Shown here one piece after another: positions 20,576-32,808 of a stretch of DNA of 64,000 nucleotides; position 1 is the stretch's first letter, and each line of letters opens with the position of its first letter. The notes beneath the pieces are model-generated. The model did not search any database and had not been told where the DNA came from. It worked only from the letters and a program-made list of their open reading frames with translations. Source of the DNA: a bacterium (GTDB lineage: Bacteria > Bacteroidota > Ignavibacteria > UBA10030); the NCBI GenBank assembly GCA_043803945.1, contig JAZDJN010000061.1, forward strand, positions 83,182-147,181. The letters are read 5' to 3'. The translations under genes were made by a program, and so were the position numbers.

Positions 20576-20896
20576 TTACTTTTGAAACAGTGAAAATGCT
20601 TGATGATCATTTCCATGGCTGATCTTGCCATGAAATGTCTCAACCATAACAGCCTGGAGTGATGGAGGAGTAAGATATCGGGCAGTAATTTCAACTGGAT
20701 CATCTTCGAAAATTCTTAGCTTTACGAAATTATAGACATGCCCATATTTTCGGTGGGAAATAAGGATGGTCTCTGAAGAAGTGACGAACGCCTTGGGATT
20801 CCGGATTGAATATCTTGCAAAGAATTCAAATGGCGTAAAGGACATACCGTCAATGGCTTCCTGCGACTGAACTACAAGGCTATTCTTTCTTTTCAC
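20576..20896 (-). CDS. Hypothetical protein
   Basis: 106-aa ORF overlapping the end of the upstream CMD gene; no motif recognised. Confidence 0.45.
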   Translation of the reverse strand: MKRKNSLVVQSQEAIDGMSFTPFEFFARYSIRNPKAFVTSSETILISHRKYGHVYNFVKLRIFEDDPVEITARYLTPPSLQAVMVETFHGKISHGNDHQAFSLFQK

Positions 20897-21245
20897 TTTG
20901 CTGTTCGTCTCTTAACGAATCAATGGTTTCCACTGCATGACGCATATGCGGGATGACGATACTCCCACCAACGATGAGTGCAACATTCAACGCATCGAAC
21001 AATTCTTCATCTTTCCAGCCAGCCTTGACACATTGTATCAAATGATAATCGATGCAATCATTGCAGCGAAGTACTGCTGAAGCAACAAGACCGAGCAGCT
21101 CTTTGGTTTTGCTATCCAATACACCATCCTTATAAGCCGCCATATCCAGATTGAAGAACCTTTTAATTCCCAGATGATCAATCTGCAGTACTCGATCGTC
21201 CATTTTCTCTCGATAGTTCCGAAACTCCTCCAGACGTGTTGCCAT
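20880..21245 (-). CDS. Carboxymuconolactone decarboxylase/AhpD-family protein
   Basis: LDSKTKELLGL...RCNDCIDYH. Confidence 0.88.
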   Translation of the reverse strand: MATRLEEFRNYREKMDDRVLQIDHLGIKRFFNLDMAAYKDGVLDSKTKELLGLVASAVLRCNDCIDYHLIQCVKAGWKDEELFDALNVALIVGGSIVIPHMRHAVETIDSLRDEQQSEKKE

Positions 21246-21367
21246 GTCTTCTTCTTCTCCGACTTATTCCATGATGATACACATATTAATTAACATTACA
21301 TCCATAATCGAAATGCCAACTGCATTGAATGATGCTTGTTTTGGTTCGATGTGAGCCGAGCGAATAC

Positions 21368-22180
21368 TCACATAAACCAGTGTTTTTCCCGATGTACTGC
21401 ATCGCCAAATTCGTATATGAACCGAAGCTCATTCGCATCGAGTGGACCCTCTCTGACGGCATTAAGATTTTCAAGAAATTCTCTCTCGCTCCTCGGGGCA
21501 GTCAGGCAGACATCAATTGCTGGATTGGTGAGGACGAAACGATATGCCATGCCGGGTGTCGGAATAGCTCTCTCCTTTGGCCACCCTTTCGGACGCCTCA
21601 TGAGATATCGCCATCGGGTTGCCGTGTAACTGATCACTCCGGGATCATGCGTTAGTAACTTCGGGAATATTTCATGTTCTGCGCCGCGATGGGCTGCATT
21701 GTACCGCAGCATGAAAACATCCAGGACTTCCTGTTGTGCCAATTTCCCAATGAGCTTTCGGTCATGACTTGAGATACCGATTGCCTTCACTTTCCCTTCT
21801 TCGCGAAATCGAATCATCGATTCAACAACATGATCCGGAAGCTCCTTCTCATTCATAACACCCATGAAGAGAAAAACATCGATTGTCTCGGTGCCGAATT
21901 GCCTTAGGCGCCGCTCCAGTGTGCGGCGCATATCCGAATGGCCAAAGATATAATTGTATGCACCGGTAACGAGAACCTTGCCTTCACGTGCGGACTTGAA
22001 CACATCCCTAAGTGCTCCGGTCAATTGAAAGTCGACACCAAATCCAAAGAAGAGATTCACTCCCTCATCGACGGCACGGAAGACCGTCTTCTTCCCAGGC
22101 CAGTACGATGCCGAGAGTCCAAGCCGAAACACCGGAATCCCGGTCCTTCCCAGAGTAGTATGAAGAAAGTTCTCATGCAT
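21368..22180 (-). CDS. Aldo/keto reductase family protein
   Basis: TLGRTG, EGKVKAIGISSH and RYNAAHRGAE. Confidence 0.85.
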   Translation of the reverse strand: MHENFLHTTLGRTGIPVFRLGLSASYWPGKKTVFRAVDEGVNLFFGFGVDFQLTGALRDVFKSAREGKVLVTGAYNYIFGHSDMRRTLERRLRQFGTETIDVFLFMGVMNEKELPDHVVESMIRFREEGKVKAIGISSHDRKLIGKLAQQEVLDVFMLRYNAAHRGAEHEIFPKLLTHDPGVISYTATRWRYLMRRPKGWPKERAIPTPGMAYRFVLTNPAIDVCLTAPRSEREFLENLNAVREGPLDANELRFIYEFGDAVHREKHWFM

Positions 22181-22478
22181 ATTGAACCCCCGAATCTCTC
22201 CAATGGTTTCTTACATTAAGATCTTGCAGACGGTTCTCCCTCTAGATCTAAGCTACCCGCGGCTCACCTTTCATTCCAGGCTGTTCTCTCATTCTTCAAT
22301 CTTCGTATGACGGCTATCAAGCCAGTCATGAACAATTCCCGGCGTCGCAGTCATATGACAATTCATACATTCCTGTGATTCATTGCTGATCTTGATTTGC
22401 TGGGCAGATAAGTACATTCCTGCACACGTACAGCAGAGGATTAGCAGGATGATTCTTCTCATGATTCACTCCGTGTTT

Positions 22479-22967
22479 CTATTGAACGGTTCTCAGAGAC
22501 TCAATGACAGAGTTAACAGCTTGCTCCAATTCCGGCAACGCCCGTTGAACTTCAACACTCATAGGACTTCCCATCTCAAAATTTTTTCCTTCAATGGCAA
22601 TGATATGGACAATGCGAGGGAGGTGGCCTAACGCTCGGGATAACTCTATTGCTTCTGCCGGGCCAATGGCATGGGTTGACGCATGAAGAAACATTGCAGG
22701 AAGCGGTTGCCGACTCACATCGAAGTGCCGGATTGTTCCCGGTCTCCCACCGCTTTGAGCAGCATCCACCACGATAACCGCATGCCAGCCTTTCAACAGT
22801 TCGACAAGCGTCGATGCTTCATACTGAATTTCGCGAACAGTAATCCGTTCGGAAACTGACTTCAGCAATGCACGGGCAATCAGAATCCCTGCTGCATCGT
22901 CCCCGCGGAATTCATTGCCAACTCCAAGCAGAAGTATATGTGACGACCTATTTTCTATGGACAACAA
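22479..22967 (-). CDS. Hydrogenase maturation protease, probably for the group 3b enzyme
   Basis: GVGNEFRGDDAAG, VDAA and STH motifs. Confidence 0.88.
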   Translation of the reverse strand: MLSIENRSSHILLLGVGNEFRGDDAAGILIARALLKSVSERITVREIQYEASTLVELLKGWHAVIVVDAAQSGGRPGTIRHFDVSRQPLPAMFLHASTHAIGPAEAIELSRALGHLPRIVHIIAIEGKNFEMGSPMSVEVQRALPELEQAVNSVIESLRTVQ

Positions 22968-22999
22968 TGTGCCTTTATCACAAATCGAACGTAGACCAC

Positions 23000-23902
23000 C
23001 TAGGAAAATCCCCGATGCAAACCTTGCTGCCGGGCAAAGCGAATGGCTTCATCATACTCCTGTTCTGTGATGCCTCTATTCAACTCCGGATGATGACCGG
23101 CATGGAACATGGGTCGGTATTGGTCCATGATATTCACATAGGCATCTCTGGAGATTTCCCGGGCAATAAACTCCAGCACTGCCTGTGAACCGGCAATGCG
23201 GTTCGGCAGTACTAAGTGACGTATTAATAATCCCTGTTCGGCAACCCCCCGCCCATTCATTTTCAAGTCACCAACCTGGCGCTGCATCTCACGAACTGCA
23301 GGGCGCACGAGGCTCCAGTAGTTCTTCACTCCCGAATACCTCTTTCCATACTCATCGCACCCGTATTTGATATCGGGCATGTAAATATCAATAATACCAT
23401 CGAGCAATGTGAGAACTTCCAATGACTCGTACCCGCCGCAATTGTACACCAGAGGAATCTTCAAACCTTTATTGATTGCATGAAGCAGTGCTTCAACGAT
23501 CGAAGCTATACAGTGGGTGGGTGTTACAAGATTGATGTTCTGACAATCCATTTGCTGCAGGTCAAGCATGATTCCGGCTAATCGTTCGATACTCACGACT
23601 CTTCCATAACGGAGCTGACTGATATCATAGTTCTGGCAAAATTGGCACTTGAGATTGCAGGATGAGAAAAAGATGGTTCCGCTTCCACCAAAACCGACCA
23701 GAGGCGCTTCCTCCCCATAATGCGGTCCATTACTGGCTATCACAATGGTATCTGTGAGGCGACAGACGCCGAACTTCCCTTCAAGACGTTTTGCTCCACA
23801 TGCCCGCGGACAAAGACGGCACTCACGCATTATTTCATGAAGTTGTTCTGAACGGACTCGAATATCATGGAAAGAAATGTTCTCTCGGTATGTCGGCAAC
23901 AC
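23000..23902 (-). CDS. PflX-like radical SAM protein
   Basis: CRLCPRAC, HYGEE, CNLKCQFCQN, YMPDIKY and RHLVLP. Confidence 0.88.
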   Translation of the reverse strand: MLPTYRENISFHDIRVRSEQLHEIMRECRLCPRACGAKRLEGKFGVCRLTDTIVIASNGPHYGEEAPLVGFGGSGTIFFSSCNLKCQFCQNYDISQLRYGRVVSIERLAGIMLDLQQMDCQNINLVTPTHCIASIVEALLHAINKGLKIPLVYNCGGYESLEVLTLLDGIIDIYMPDIKYGCDEYGKRYSGVKNYWSLVRPAVREMQRQVGDLKMNGRGVAEQGLLIRHLVLPNRIAGSQAVLEFIAREISRDAYVNIMDQYRPMFHAGHHPELNRGITEQEYDEAIRFARQQGLHRGFS

Positions 23903-24099
23903 TTCGAAGCTCCCTCATCGATCAAGATTGCGGGCAAGATACAATAATGGTTAGAGAAGTGCCACTCGCGGTGGAATGAGGGTTGCACATTCCTCTCTGA
24001 ATAGTTCTTATTGTTTGGAATCGACAGGTGCGTAATTCACTGTGCGGAAATACGCCTCAGACTATCATTTGAAAAGAGAACCATGCTTTGAAATTCCCA

Positions 24100-24135
24100 T
24101 AAACAGAACACCCCGACTATCACTGCCGGGGTGTT
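24100..24135 (-). terminator. Probable terminator after gltA-mdh
   Basis: AACACCCCG...CGGGGTGTT hairpin just downstream of the mdh stop. Confidence 0.6.
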
Positions 24136-24160
24136 GAAATTTCACAGCAACAACATCGAC

Positions 24161-25102
<942 letters not shown>

Positions 25103-25169
25103 TCATTAGCATGAAAGTTGCTGTGTGGAGAATTCCTTCCCCACACAGCAGATGTGAATTCGAATGTCG

Positions 25170-26462
25170 TTATCCTCGTTTTTCCATCGGTACGAAATCT
25201 CGCTCATCGTATCCAAGGAATACCTGGCGCGGACGGGCTATCTTCTGTTCCGGATCGGTAATTAACTCCAGCCATTGAGCAAGCCAGCCAACTGTGCGCG
25301 GGATAGCAAAGAGGACTGTGAAGAAGTCTGTGGGGAATCCCATCGCCTGATAAATTATACCGGAATAGAAGTCGACGTTCGGATAAAGTTTTCGTTTGAT
25401 GAAATATTCATCTTCAAGAGCGATCCGTTCAAGCTCAATCGCGATTTCGAGGAGAGGATTACGGCCAGTTACTTCGAACACCTGATCGGCAGCCTGCTTG
25501 ATGATTTTTGCGCGGGGGTCATAGTTTTTATAAACCCTGTGCCCGAATCCCATCAATCGCTTTTCACCATGGCCTTCTTTCACCTCTTTGATAAAGGCAG
25601 GAATTTTATCCTTCGAACCGATCTCCTTCAGCATCACCAGTACCTGTTCATTGGCGCCGCCATGCAATGGACCGAAGAGTGCTGCAATCGCACCGGCCAT
25701 CGAAACAAACGGATCGGCTTGCGAGCTACCGATTGCGCGCATCGCGTTTGCACTGCAATTCTGTTCATGATCGGCATGAAGAATGAAGAGTATATCGAGT
25801 GCCCTCTCAAGGATCGGATTTGGTGTGTACTTCATTTCACTCATCTTATACATCATATTCAGGAAGTTACCGACATAACTTAACTCGGGATCGGGTTGAA
25901 TCGGCAAAAGTCCTTTACGGTGGCGGAAGCACCATGCACCGAGGGTGGGCATCTTTGCGATCAGGCGATAGATTTGAAGTTTGCGGGATTCGGGATCGAG
26001 CACTTTCCGCGAGTCGGGATAGTACGTCGAAAGAGCGGCTACGAGGCTTGACAACATTCCCATCGGATGTGCATCGTAACGGAATCCTTCAAGGACTTTT
26101 TTCAACTGATCGAACACCATCGTGTGCTTCATGATGTTATCGGTCCAGTCTTTCAACTGTGCAGCGGTGGGTAGTTCACCATGCATCACAAGATAGGAGA
26201 CTTCGATGTGTGAACTCTTCTCTGCCAATTGTTCGATTGGATATCCGCGGTAACGAAGGATGCCAACGTCACCGTCGATAAAAGTAATCTTGCTCTGGCA
26301 AGAGGCGGTATTCATGAAGGCGGGATCGTAGGTCATCATCCCAAAATCGTTATCCTTCACCTTGATCTTCCGCAGATCCATCGCCTTGATGGTATCGTGC
26401 GTAATCGGTAGCGTGTATTCTTTATCTGTCCGATTATCCTTAATCGTCAAAGTATCTGCCAT
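25170..26462 (-). CDS. gltA: Citrate synthase
   Basis: HADHEQN, GPLHGGAN, GFGHRVYKNYDPR and PNVDFYSG. Confidence 0.97.
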   Translation of the reverse strand: MADTLTIKDNRTDKEYTLPITHDTIKAMDLRKIKVKDNDFGMMTYDPAFMNTASCQSKITFIDGDVGILRYRGYPIEQLAEKSSHIEVSYLVMHGELPTAAQLKDWTDNIMKHTMVFDQLKKVLEGFRYDAHPMGMLSSLVAALSTYYPDSRKVLDPESRKLQIYRLIAKMPTLGAWCFRHRKGLLPIQPDPELSYVGNFLNMMYKMSEMKYTPNPILERALDILFILHADHEQNCSANAMRAIGSSQADPFVSMAGAIAALFGPLHGGANEQVLVMLKEIGSKDKIPAFIKEVKEGHGEKRLMGFGHRVYKNYDPRAKIIKQAADQVFEVTGRNPLLEIAIELERIALEDEYFIKRKLYPNVDFYSGIIYQAMGFPTDFFTVLFAIPRTVGWLAQWLELITDPEQKIARPRQVFLGYDERDFVPMEKRG

Positions 26463-26745
26463 AGTGATCTCCTTAGAAGATAGTTGATGGTATGTTCGAG
26501 TGAAGCTTTCTGAATAGTTTCTCTATCGATTATTTCAGATGCGTTAAAGCATTGACAAATAGTCTTTTACCAAACAGTACAACAGGAAGACCTGGGATTC
26601 TGGAACTCTACCCAGAAAATTCGTTCTTCTAGGAATAAAATTCTTCTTTAAAGAAATAAACGGCCAGAAAAGGATAATATATTGACGAAAAATGAAACAA
26701 AGGAGCTTAAAAGTGTTTAATTTTCCCCTTGTATTTATTTTTTAT

Positions 26746-26760
26746 TCAATACCTATGCCA
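26746..26760 (-). promoter_or_regulatory. Putative sigma54 -24/-12 promoter for gltA-mdh
   Basis: TGGCATAGGTATTGA (GG-N10-GA); enhancer-like TTCCCA-AGTT-CGGAAA at 26854-26869. Confidence 0.55.
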
Positions 26761-27052
26761 AATATTGAAAAACAGCAAATAGAATGAAATTTCAGAGAAA
26801 ATGGAGAAAAATTACTGACGAATTCTTAGAAATAGATATTGATGGAATTTGAATTCCCAAGTTCGGAAATAGGCAAATTTAGTGTCGAATAATGACCGTC
26901 ACCGAGACTTAAAGAAAAGAGTCCGACGCAGAATTTTAAGAGACGCAGCAACTTCCTGCCTTTCGTTTGACCTTTCGACCGCCACACTCACCCTTCTGGA
27001 AGCAGTCATGCTTTAGCGGAGGGAGAGGACTATGGCTTGCACTGAGAAACAC

Positions 27053-27550
27053 TTATTCGAAATCTTTATCTTCTCTCCGATAAGGAGCTTCGGCAAACTG
27101 AGCGGTAACCGGTTTCACGAGCCTTCGAAAATCTTTGAAAGTTATTCGGATTGATTTGGTATGAGTGCACGCATTGAACACAATTTCTTCATCGCTCGCC
27201 AAGGCTTCGTCAACCATGATCGGTAAGCCATACAAGTTACCAAACGGGGGCATTGCGCCTAACTGGCAGTCGGGAAATAATTTTGTGAGATCATCTTCAT
27301 GAGCAAGCTGGATATGCTTTGCAGCAAATATCTGTTTGATGAGATGTTCGTTGATCCGCTGATCGGCGCGCAGTACCGCCATCCAATATTTTTCATCAAC
27401 CTGAATGACAATGGCTTTCGCGAGATCCTTATCGGCAACATGCGATGCGAGAGCGACTTCGTGGGCTGAGAAGGCGGGCTCGTGTTCGATAATTTCATAC
27501 TGAACACTGTTTGCAGTGAGGTATTTCAGGAGATCGGTCATCTTAGCCAT
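27053..27550 (-). CDS. YbaK/ProX aminoacyl-tRNA deacylase family protein
   Basis: LAKAI, GAMPPFG and FNACTH. Confidence 0.9.
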   Translation of the reverse strand: MAKMTDLLKYLTANSVQYEIIEHEPAFSAHEVALASHVADKDLAKAIVIQVDEKYWMAVLRADQRINEHLIKQIFAAKHIQLAHEDDLTKLFPDCQLGAMPPFGNLYGLPIMVDEALASDEEIVFNACTHTKSIRITFKDFRRLVKPVTAQFAEAPYRREDKDFE

Positions 27551-27660
27551 AGCATTACTCCTTCGTTGGTTCTCGATGGTTCATGAATGAACGACAATGT
27601 TATTTTCTCTTTCTTATTGTCTAACACTTCTCAGCTTCCACGATGGGAAGTTCTTTTCCA

Positions 27661-28209
27661 TTACTCATCAATAACAAGTACCTCAATATTATCAACGAGC
27701 ATGGAGGCGGCCTTGATTCCACCTGCCATCAGCGCAATCTGTGGATGGGCATTCTCCGGGCAGACAATTTTTTCAGTTGAATAGTGTTTCCATACAGAAT
27801 CGGCAATCACCAGATGTGCGGATGGAGCAGATGCAGGGCCAATAATCGATAACGTAACGGAGCCGCCATCTACGACTCTCCGTCCCCAGCATCGGAGGAT
27901 CAATGCACTGCGTTCACGCAAGGGAGGCAGATCGATCTGAGCGTGAGGAACTATGCAGCCGCCTGCAACATAGAGTGAAAATTTACCGCCATTCGGAGAT
28001 CCACCTGCATAACGATCATAACCTCCATGTCCGCGCCACTCCTTCAGGTCAGTGGAATCTTCAAATGAGGTGGAATAGATCAGATACCCGGCAGGCGAAG
28101 CACTCTGATCAGATATATTACAGGAGAGAAGGGTAAGGAACGCCCATAAATACAGAAGGGCGCCCAGTATCGCTGACGCCCTTCTGCGTTGTGAATTGTT
28201 CTGATCCAT
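27661..28209 (-). CDS. Hypothetical lipoprotein
   Basis: Basic stretch, hydrophobic segment and LLSC lipobox. The ATG at 28209 overlaps the hydA stop; STSFE...DN ends suggest a beta-sandwich. Confidence 0.55.
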   Translation of the reverse strand: MDQNNSQRRRASAILGALLYLWAFLTLLSCNISDQSASPAGYLIYSTSFEDSTDLKEWRGHGGYDRYAGGSPNGGKFSLYVAGGCIVPHAQIDLPPLRERSALILRCWGRRVVDGGSVTLSIIGPASAPSAHLVIADSVWKHYSTEKIVCPENAHPQIALMAGGIKAASMLVDNIEVLVIDE

Positions 28210-29498
28210 TATGCTCGATCGATCTCCAGTTTCAGAAAATGTGTTGCACAAGAGATGCAGGGATCGTAATTCCGAATCGCCTGTTCACATTGCCACGTCA
28301 ATCGTTCCTGGGAAAGATGGAGTCTGCCCGGAATGAACTCACGCAAATCCTGCTCGATTGATTTTTGATTCTGCGATGTGGGAGGCACAATCTTCGCATC
28401 GAGGATAATTCCCTTCTCATTCACCCGATAGCGATGATACAGAATGCCCCGCGGTGCCTCTGTACAGCCGTATCCGATTCCCGTACGGGGTGTGACATCA
28501 ACAAACGGCCGCTCCGGTGCTTCGTACTCCTTGATAATGCGCAGTGCTTCTTCGATTGCATATAGTGTCTCTACCCCTCGCACGATGATACTCTTGAAGG
28601 GATTGTTGCATGGTGGAGTGATACCGGCTGCCTTTGCTGCCTCCTGCGCAGTCGGTGTCAGCTTATCGAAGTTCAGGTTGAATCTGGCGAGCGGGCCGAC
28701 AAAATATTCACCGCGATTCTTCATGATAGAATGAAGTGCATTCGAATGCTTCACATGCTCTTCGATAAAATAGTTCTCATAGTCATTCACGGCGATGTTC
28801 AATCCCCGTGTGGAGACAAGCCGCCCCTGGTTAAAGGGATACTCATTCTCATGCCGGAGAGCGACGAACTCATAGTTCCGCTCGAATTCGGGAAAGATGA
28901 ACGTTGCCGTCAACTTCACAGTATCAATAGCTGCTTCAAGTGCCCACTGCAATTTATCAACGAGAGTGAGAAATTCTTTTTTCGTGGGAAGTTTATAGAA
29001 TCCGCCGACTTTCACATTGATAGGATGAATCTCCCTGCCGCCAAGAAGGTTTACGATATCGTTGCCGATCTTTTTAAGTTTCAATGCTTTTTCAACAGCA
29101 GGGCCATGATCCTTTGCCATTTGGATGGCATCTTCATAGCCAAGAAAATCTGGGGCATGGAGCAGATAGACATGGAGTGCATGGCTTTCGATCCACTCAC
29201 CACAGTACAACAGCCGGCGCAACGCTCGTAATTGGCCCTCTATTTTAATATTGAATGCATCCTCGATAGCATGGATGGAACTCATCTGGTATGCCACCGG
29301 GCAGATACCACAGATCCGGGCGGTGATATCCGGCACTTCAGCAAAATGGCGTCCCCGCATAAAGGCTTCAAAGAACCGGGGCGGCTCGAAGATGTGAAAC
29401 TTTAGATCAACGACTTGTTTATCTTTTATTTTGACCGATAATCCACCCTCTCCTTCGACACGGGCGAGATAATCGACCTTGATTGTTCTAGTTTTCAT
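28209..29498 (-). CDS. hydA: Group 3b (sulfhydrogenase-type) [NiFe] large subunit
   Basis: [17 protein letters not shown] and DPCISCATH with a short tail. Confidence 0.93.
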   Translation of the reverse strand: MKTRTIKVDYLARVEGEGGLSVKIKDKQVVDLKFHIFEPPRFFEAFMRGRHFAEVPDITARICGICPVAYQMSSIHAIEDAFNIKIEGQLRALRRLLYCGEWIESHALHVYLLHAPDFLGYEDAIQMAKDHGPAVEKALKLKKIGNDIVNLLGGREIHPINVKVGGFYKLPTKKEFLTLVDKLQWALEAAIDTVKLTATFIFPEFERNYEFVALRHENEYPFNQGRLVSTRGLNIAVNDYENYFIEEHVKHSNALHSIMKNRGEYFVGPLARFNLNFDKLTPTAQEAAKAAGITPPCNNPFKSIIVRGVETLYAIEEALRIIKEYEAPERPFVDVTPRTGIGYGCTEAPRGILYHRYRVNEKGIILDAKIVPPTSQNQKSIEQDLREFIPGRLHLSQERLTWQCEQAIRNYDPCISCATHFLKLEIDRA

Positions 29499-30267
29499 GG
29501 GATTCACTTTCTTTGCGGAATGCTTCTGCGTATGCATTAAATCCTCTGAACTGCCGCAGCAATTCTGCACCCGTTATGCCCTTCTCAGCCCAGTACGAGC
29601 TGAGCGATGCCGTGTTTGGGGTTTCCTTCGGGCCAAAGCATCCAAAGCAGCCGCGATGGTACGATGGGCATAAGGCATCGCACCCTGCCTGCGTCACCGG
29701 TCCGAGGCATGTTGGGCCATGCGTAACAAGCCCACAGACATTTCCCTTTAGCTTACACTCGACACAAACGCTGTAGGTTGGGATATTGGGTTTGCGGTGG
29801 TGGAGAAACGCGCTCACGACTTCAATCAACTGGGATTTGCTGATCGGGCATCCACGCAGTTGGAAATCGACAAAGACATGGTCGGCAATCGGTGTTGACT
29901 TGTTCAGGGTCTCGATGAAAGAGGGATTGGCGTAGACGATCGAGGTGAACTCTTTCACATCCTTGAAATTCCGAAGGGCCTGGATGCCACCGGCAGTGGC
30001 ACAGGCACCGATCGTAACGAGGAATTTGGATTGACGGCGAACCTGATGGATTCGTTCAGCATCATGCGGAGTGGTAATCGATCCTTCGACCGGAGAGAGG
30101 TCGTAAGGCCCTTTCGTGACAGCTCGGGACGCTTCTGGGAAATTGGCAATTTCAATCTTTCCTGTGATTGCCAGAAGCTCATCTTCACAATCGAGCAGGG
30201 AGAGTTGACAACCATCGCAGGATGAAAATTTCCAGACGGCGAGTTTGGGTTTTCGTTGGGCAGCCAT
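29488..30267 (-). CDS. hydD: Group 3b hydrogenase small (delta) subunit
   Basis: SSCDGCQ, GACA, RGCP, CVEC, CLGP and GCFGC. Confidence 0.92.
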   Translation of the reverse strand: MAAQRKPKLAVWKFSSCDGCQLSLLDCEDELLAITGKIEIANFPEASRAVTKGPYDLSPVEGSITTPHDAERIHQVRRQSKFLVTIGACATAGGIQALRNFKDVKEFTSIVYANPSFIETLNKSTPIADHVFVDFQLRGCPISKSQLIEVVSAFLHHRKPNIPTYSVCVECKLKGNVCGLVTHGPTCLGPVTQAGCDALCPSYHRGCFGCFGPKETPNTASLSSYWAEKGITGAELLRQFRGFNAYAEAFRKESESHEN

Positions 30268-30268
30268 G

Positions 30269-31138
30269 TTATATCTCCCATTTCACAAGCAGGTCCTTGA
30301 TTTGACTGTAGCGAAACACCGGGCCATCTTTGCAGACGAAGTATGCACCAAATTGGCAATGGCCGCAAAGCCCGATCGCACATTTCATGTTTCGCTCCAT
30401 GGAGACATAGATTGAATCGGTCAGTACGCCGCGCTTCATCAACTCCATTGCTGTGAAGCGCATCATCACCTCAGGGCCGCAGACCATCGCTACCGTATCG
30501 GAAGGATCGAACGGTGATTTCCCGATGAGGTTTGTCACAACACCAACATTCCCCTTCCAACCGCTCATACCGCGGTCGACCGTCACATACACTTCAAGGT
30601 CGAACCGTGCCCGCCATTGTTCCAGCTCATCGCGATAGAGAATGTCAGACGGCGTTCGTGTTCCGTAGAGGAGAACTACTTTGCCAAACTTATCGCGTTC
30701 GGAAAGAATTTTATAGAGCGATGGCCGCAAAGGAGCAAGCCCAATGCCTCCCGCAACAATTACTACATCTTTCCCAAGCGCCTCATTGACAGGCCATGCT
30801 GAACCGAACGGTCCGCGCACTCCGACGGTATCTCCCCGCCGCAGCTTGCTCATGACCTTGGTCACGGTTCCCACTGCTCGCGTCGTGTGGACAAGCACCG
30901 AGGGATCTATCGGATCGCCGCTGATGGAAATAGGAATCTCGCCAACACCGTGCATATACACCATGTTGAATTGACCCGGTTTAAACGAGAACCCGTACGG
31001 CTGCTGCCTGGTATCAAGTTCGATGGTAAAGGTATCTTCTGTATCGCGTTTGAACCGCCGAATCTGATAGAGCCGTGGCGTCATTGGATTCATGGCAGAA
31101 TCAACCGCGGGATGATTTTTTTCAAGGACGGTCGCCAT
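30269..31138 (-). CDS. hydG: Group 3b hydrogenase gamma subunit (FAD/NAD(P), 2Fe-2S)
   Basis: [21 protein letters not shown] and [14 protein letters not shown]. Confidence 0.92.
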   Translation of the reverse strand: MATVLEKNHPAVDSAMNPMTPRLYQIRRFKRDTEDTFTIELDTRQQPYGFSFKPGQFNMVYMHGVGEIPISISGDPIDPSVLVHTTRAVGTVTKVMSKLRRGDTVGVRGPFGSAWPVNEALGKDVVIVAGGIGLAPLRPSLYKILSERDKFGKVVLLYGTRTPSDILYRDELEQWRARFDLEVYVTVDRGMSGWKGNVGVVTNLIGKSPFDPSDTVAMVCGPEVMMRFTAMELMKRGVLTDSIYVSMERNMKCAIGLCGHCQFGAYFVCKDGPVFRYSQIKDLLVKWEI

Positions 31139-31583
31139 ATAAATCGAGAAGTTGTATTCTTGTGGATTCGAGTCGCTGCTCCATAATGTGAGCAAAGCGT
31201 TTCATTAATTCATAACCGAGTTTTGTATCCTGTTCGCACTTTCCCCGGAGGCATTTTCCATCCAGCGCAATTGCGCGAACAACATCCTGTGCTTTGGCAT
31301 CGAAGTGCCATTGATACGGAGGCAGTAACCATGACCAGCCGAGGATATCGCCCTCTCCAATGGTCTCGATGGTAATGGCACCTTTTTGTGGCATCATGAT
31401 TTCCAGAGCAACCCTTCCCTGCCTGATCAAATAAAATTGATTGGCCTCTTCTCCCTCGTGAAAGATATGATGCCCGGCATCAAAACGAACATTCGATGAA
31501 CAACCTGTGATGAGCTCGATGTGAGCAGGATCCAGACCTTTAAAAAATGCATGCTCCTTCAGAATGCGTTCTAGCGTTTCCAT
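31122..31583 (-). CDS. Stand-alone cyclic-nucleotide-binding (Crp-like) domain protein
   Basis: IFHEGEEANQFYLI..GRV and GDILGWSWL; no HTH domain. Confidence 0.88.
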   Translation of the reverse strand: METLERILKEHAFFKGLDPAHIELITGCSSNVRFDAGHHIFHEGEEANQFYLIRQGRVALEIMMPQKGAITIETIGEGDILGWSWLLPPYQWHFDAKAQDVVRAIALDGKCLRGKCEQDTKLGYELMKRFAHIMEQRLESTRIQLLDLYGDRP

Positions 31584-31603
31584 CCAAATCCTCCTTTAGG
31601 TAA

Positions 31604-32770
31604 TTAAATAGTGACGCTGCTAGATTGGCTTTGACGAATAACGTTAACTTCTTCCGTGATATCAATCCCTACCGGACACCAGGTAATACAGCGTCCACAA
31701 CCAACGCATCCGAAGGTACCAAACTGATCGACCCAGCTTGAAAGCTTGTGGGTTAACCATTGACGATACCGTGCCCGTGCCGAAGGACGGACACTGCCGC
31801 CATGGATATAAGAGAAATCCATCGTAAAGCATGAATCCCATCTCCTGTTGCGCGAGGCCTCATCACCGGAGAGGTCCGTGACATCCTCGACTGTCATGCA
31901 GAAACAGGTAGGGCACACCATCGTGCAATTCGTACACGTGAGACACCGGGCTGCTGCTTTTCCCCATTCAGGGTGTTCGAAGTTCGACTGCAGGAGATCC
32001 TTCAAGCCCTCCGTTTGAATTGAACGCCCCATCTGGCTTGCTGCTGCGGCCACCAGGGACTGTGCTTTTGCATTCTCTGCATCCGAAGCTTGTGTTGCTG
32101 ATACAACATCAACAAGCTCCTTACCCATTTCACTGCCAGCCTCAATCGTGAAATAATGAGATCCATTCTCAAGAATTTCTGTCAGCGCAAGATCAAATCC
32201 ATCACGGGCTTTTGGACCGGTATTCATCGATGCGCAGAAGCATGTGTTTCCTGCTTTTGTGCAGTTCACCGTGATGATAACAAGCTTTTCCCTTAACGAT
32301 TGATAATAGGGATCCTTATATTCTCCGGAGTTGAAGACTTTATCCTGAATCCGGATCGCCTCGAGTTCACAAGGCCGCACACCGAAGAATGCATACTTCG
32401 TTTCATTTCCACCAGCACCACTGATTTCGCCAGAGAGGATTAATTCTTTTCCATTCTTCTTTGCCGTCAACAGCGTGAGCCTGGGTGGGAAGAGGAATTT
32501 CTTCCAGGCATAAGGGCCAACCGTATAATCAAACAGTGCTTTGCTTTCGCTCTTCTGCAGATGATACGTACCCGCTTCTTGTTCATCCGTCCATCCTTCG
32601 GGCAGGTCATTAACCGAAGCAATTTCATCATAGACGATGGAGCTATCCCTCACCATCGGACCGATGACCGTAAATTTCTGTTGCCGCAGCACCTGGATGA
32701 GCGTATCGAGTTTGGAATAATCGAGTCTAGAGACCATATGATCGTGTGAGATTTTGTTGTACAGATCCAT
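31604..32770 (-). CDS. hydB: Group 3b hydrogenase beta subunit (4Fe-4S, AsrA-like)
   Basis: [25 protein letters not shown] and [12 protein letters not shown]. Start uncertain. Confidence 0.9.
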   Translation of the reverse strand: MDLYNKISHDHMVSRLDYSKLDTLIQVLRQQKFTVIGPMVRDSSIVYDEIASVNDLPEGWTDEQEAGTYHLQKSESKALFDYTVGPYAWKKFLFPPRLTLLTAKKNGKELILSGEISGAGGNETKYAFFGVRPCELEAIRIQDKVFNSGEYKDPYYQSLREKLVIITVNCTKAGNTCFCASMNTGPKARDGFDLALTEILENGSHYFTIEAGSEMGKELVDVVSATQASDAENAKAQSLVAAAASQMGRSIQTEGLKDLLQSNFEHPEWGKAAARCLTCTNCTMVCPTCFCMTVEDVTDLSGDEASRNRRWDSCFTMDFSYIHGGSVRPSARARYRQWLTHKLSSWVDQFGTFGCVGCGRCITWCPVGIDITEEVNVIRQSQSSSVTI

Positions 32771-32808
32771 GTTCCCATCGCCGTGAAATCGCGCGATGGA
32801 AGAATGAC

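Noticed and set aside
20108-20703. Short overlapping ORFs upstream of hdrC
   Set aside because: AT-rich region with no motifs or clear ribosome-binding sites; probably promoter DNA or a decayed remnant.
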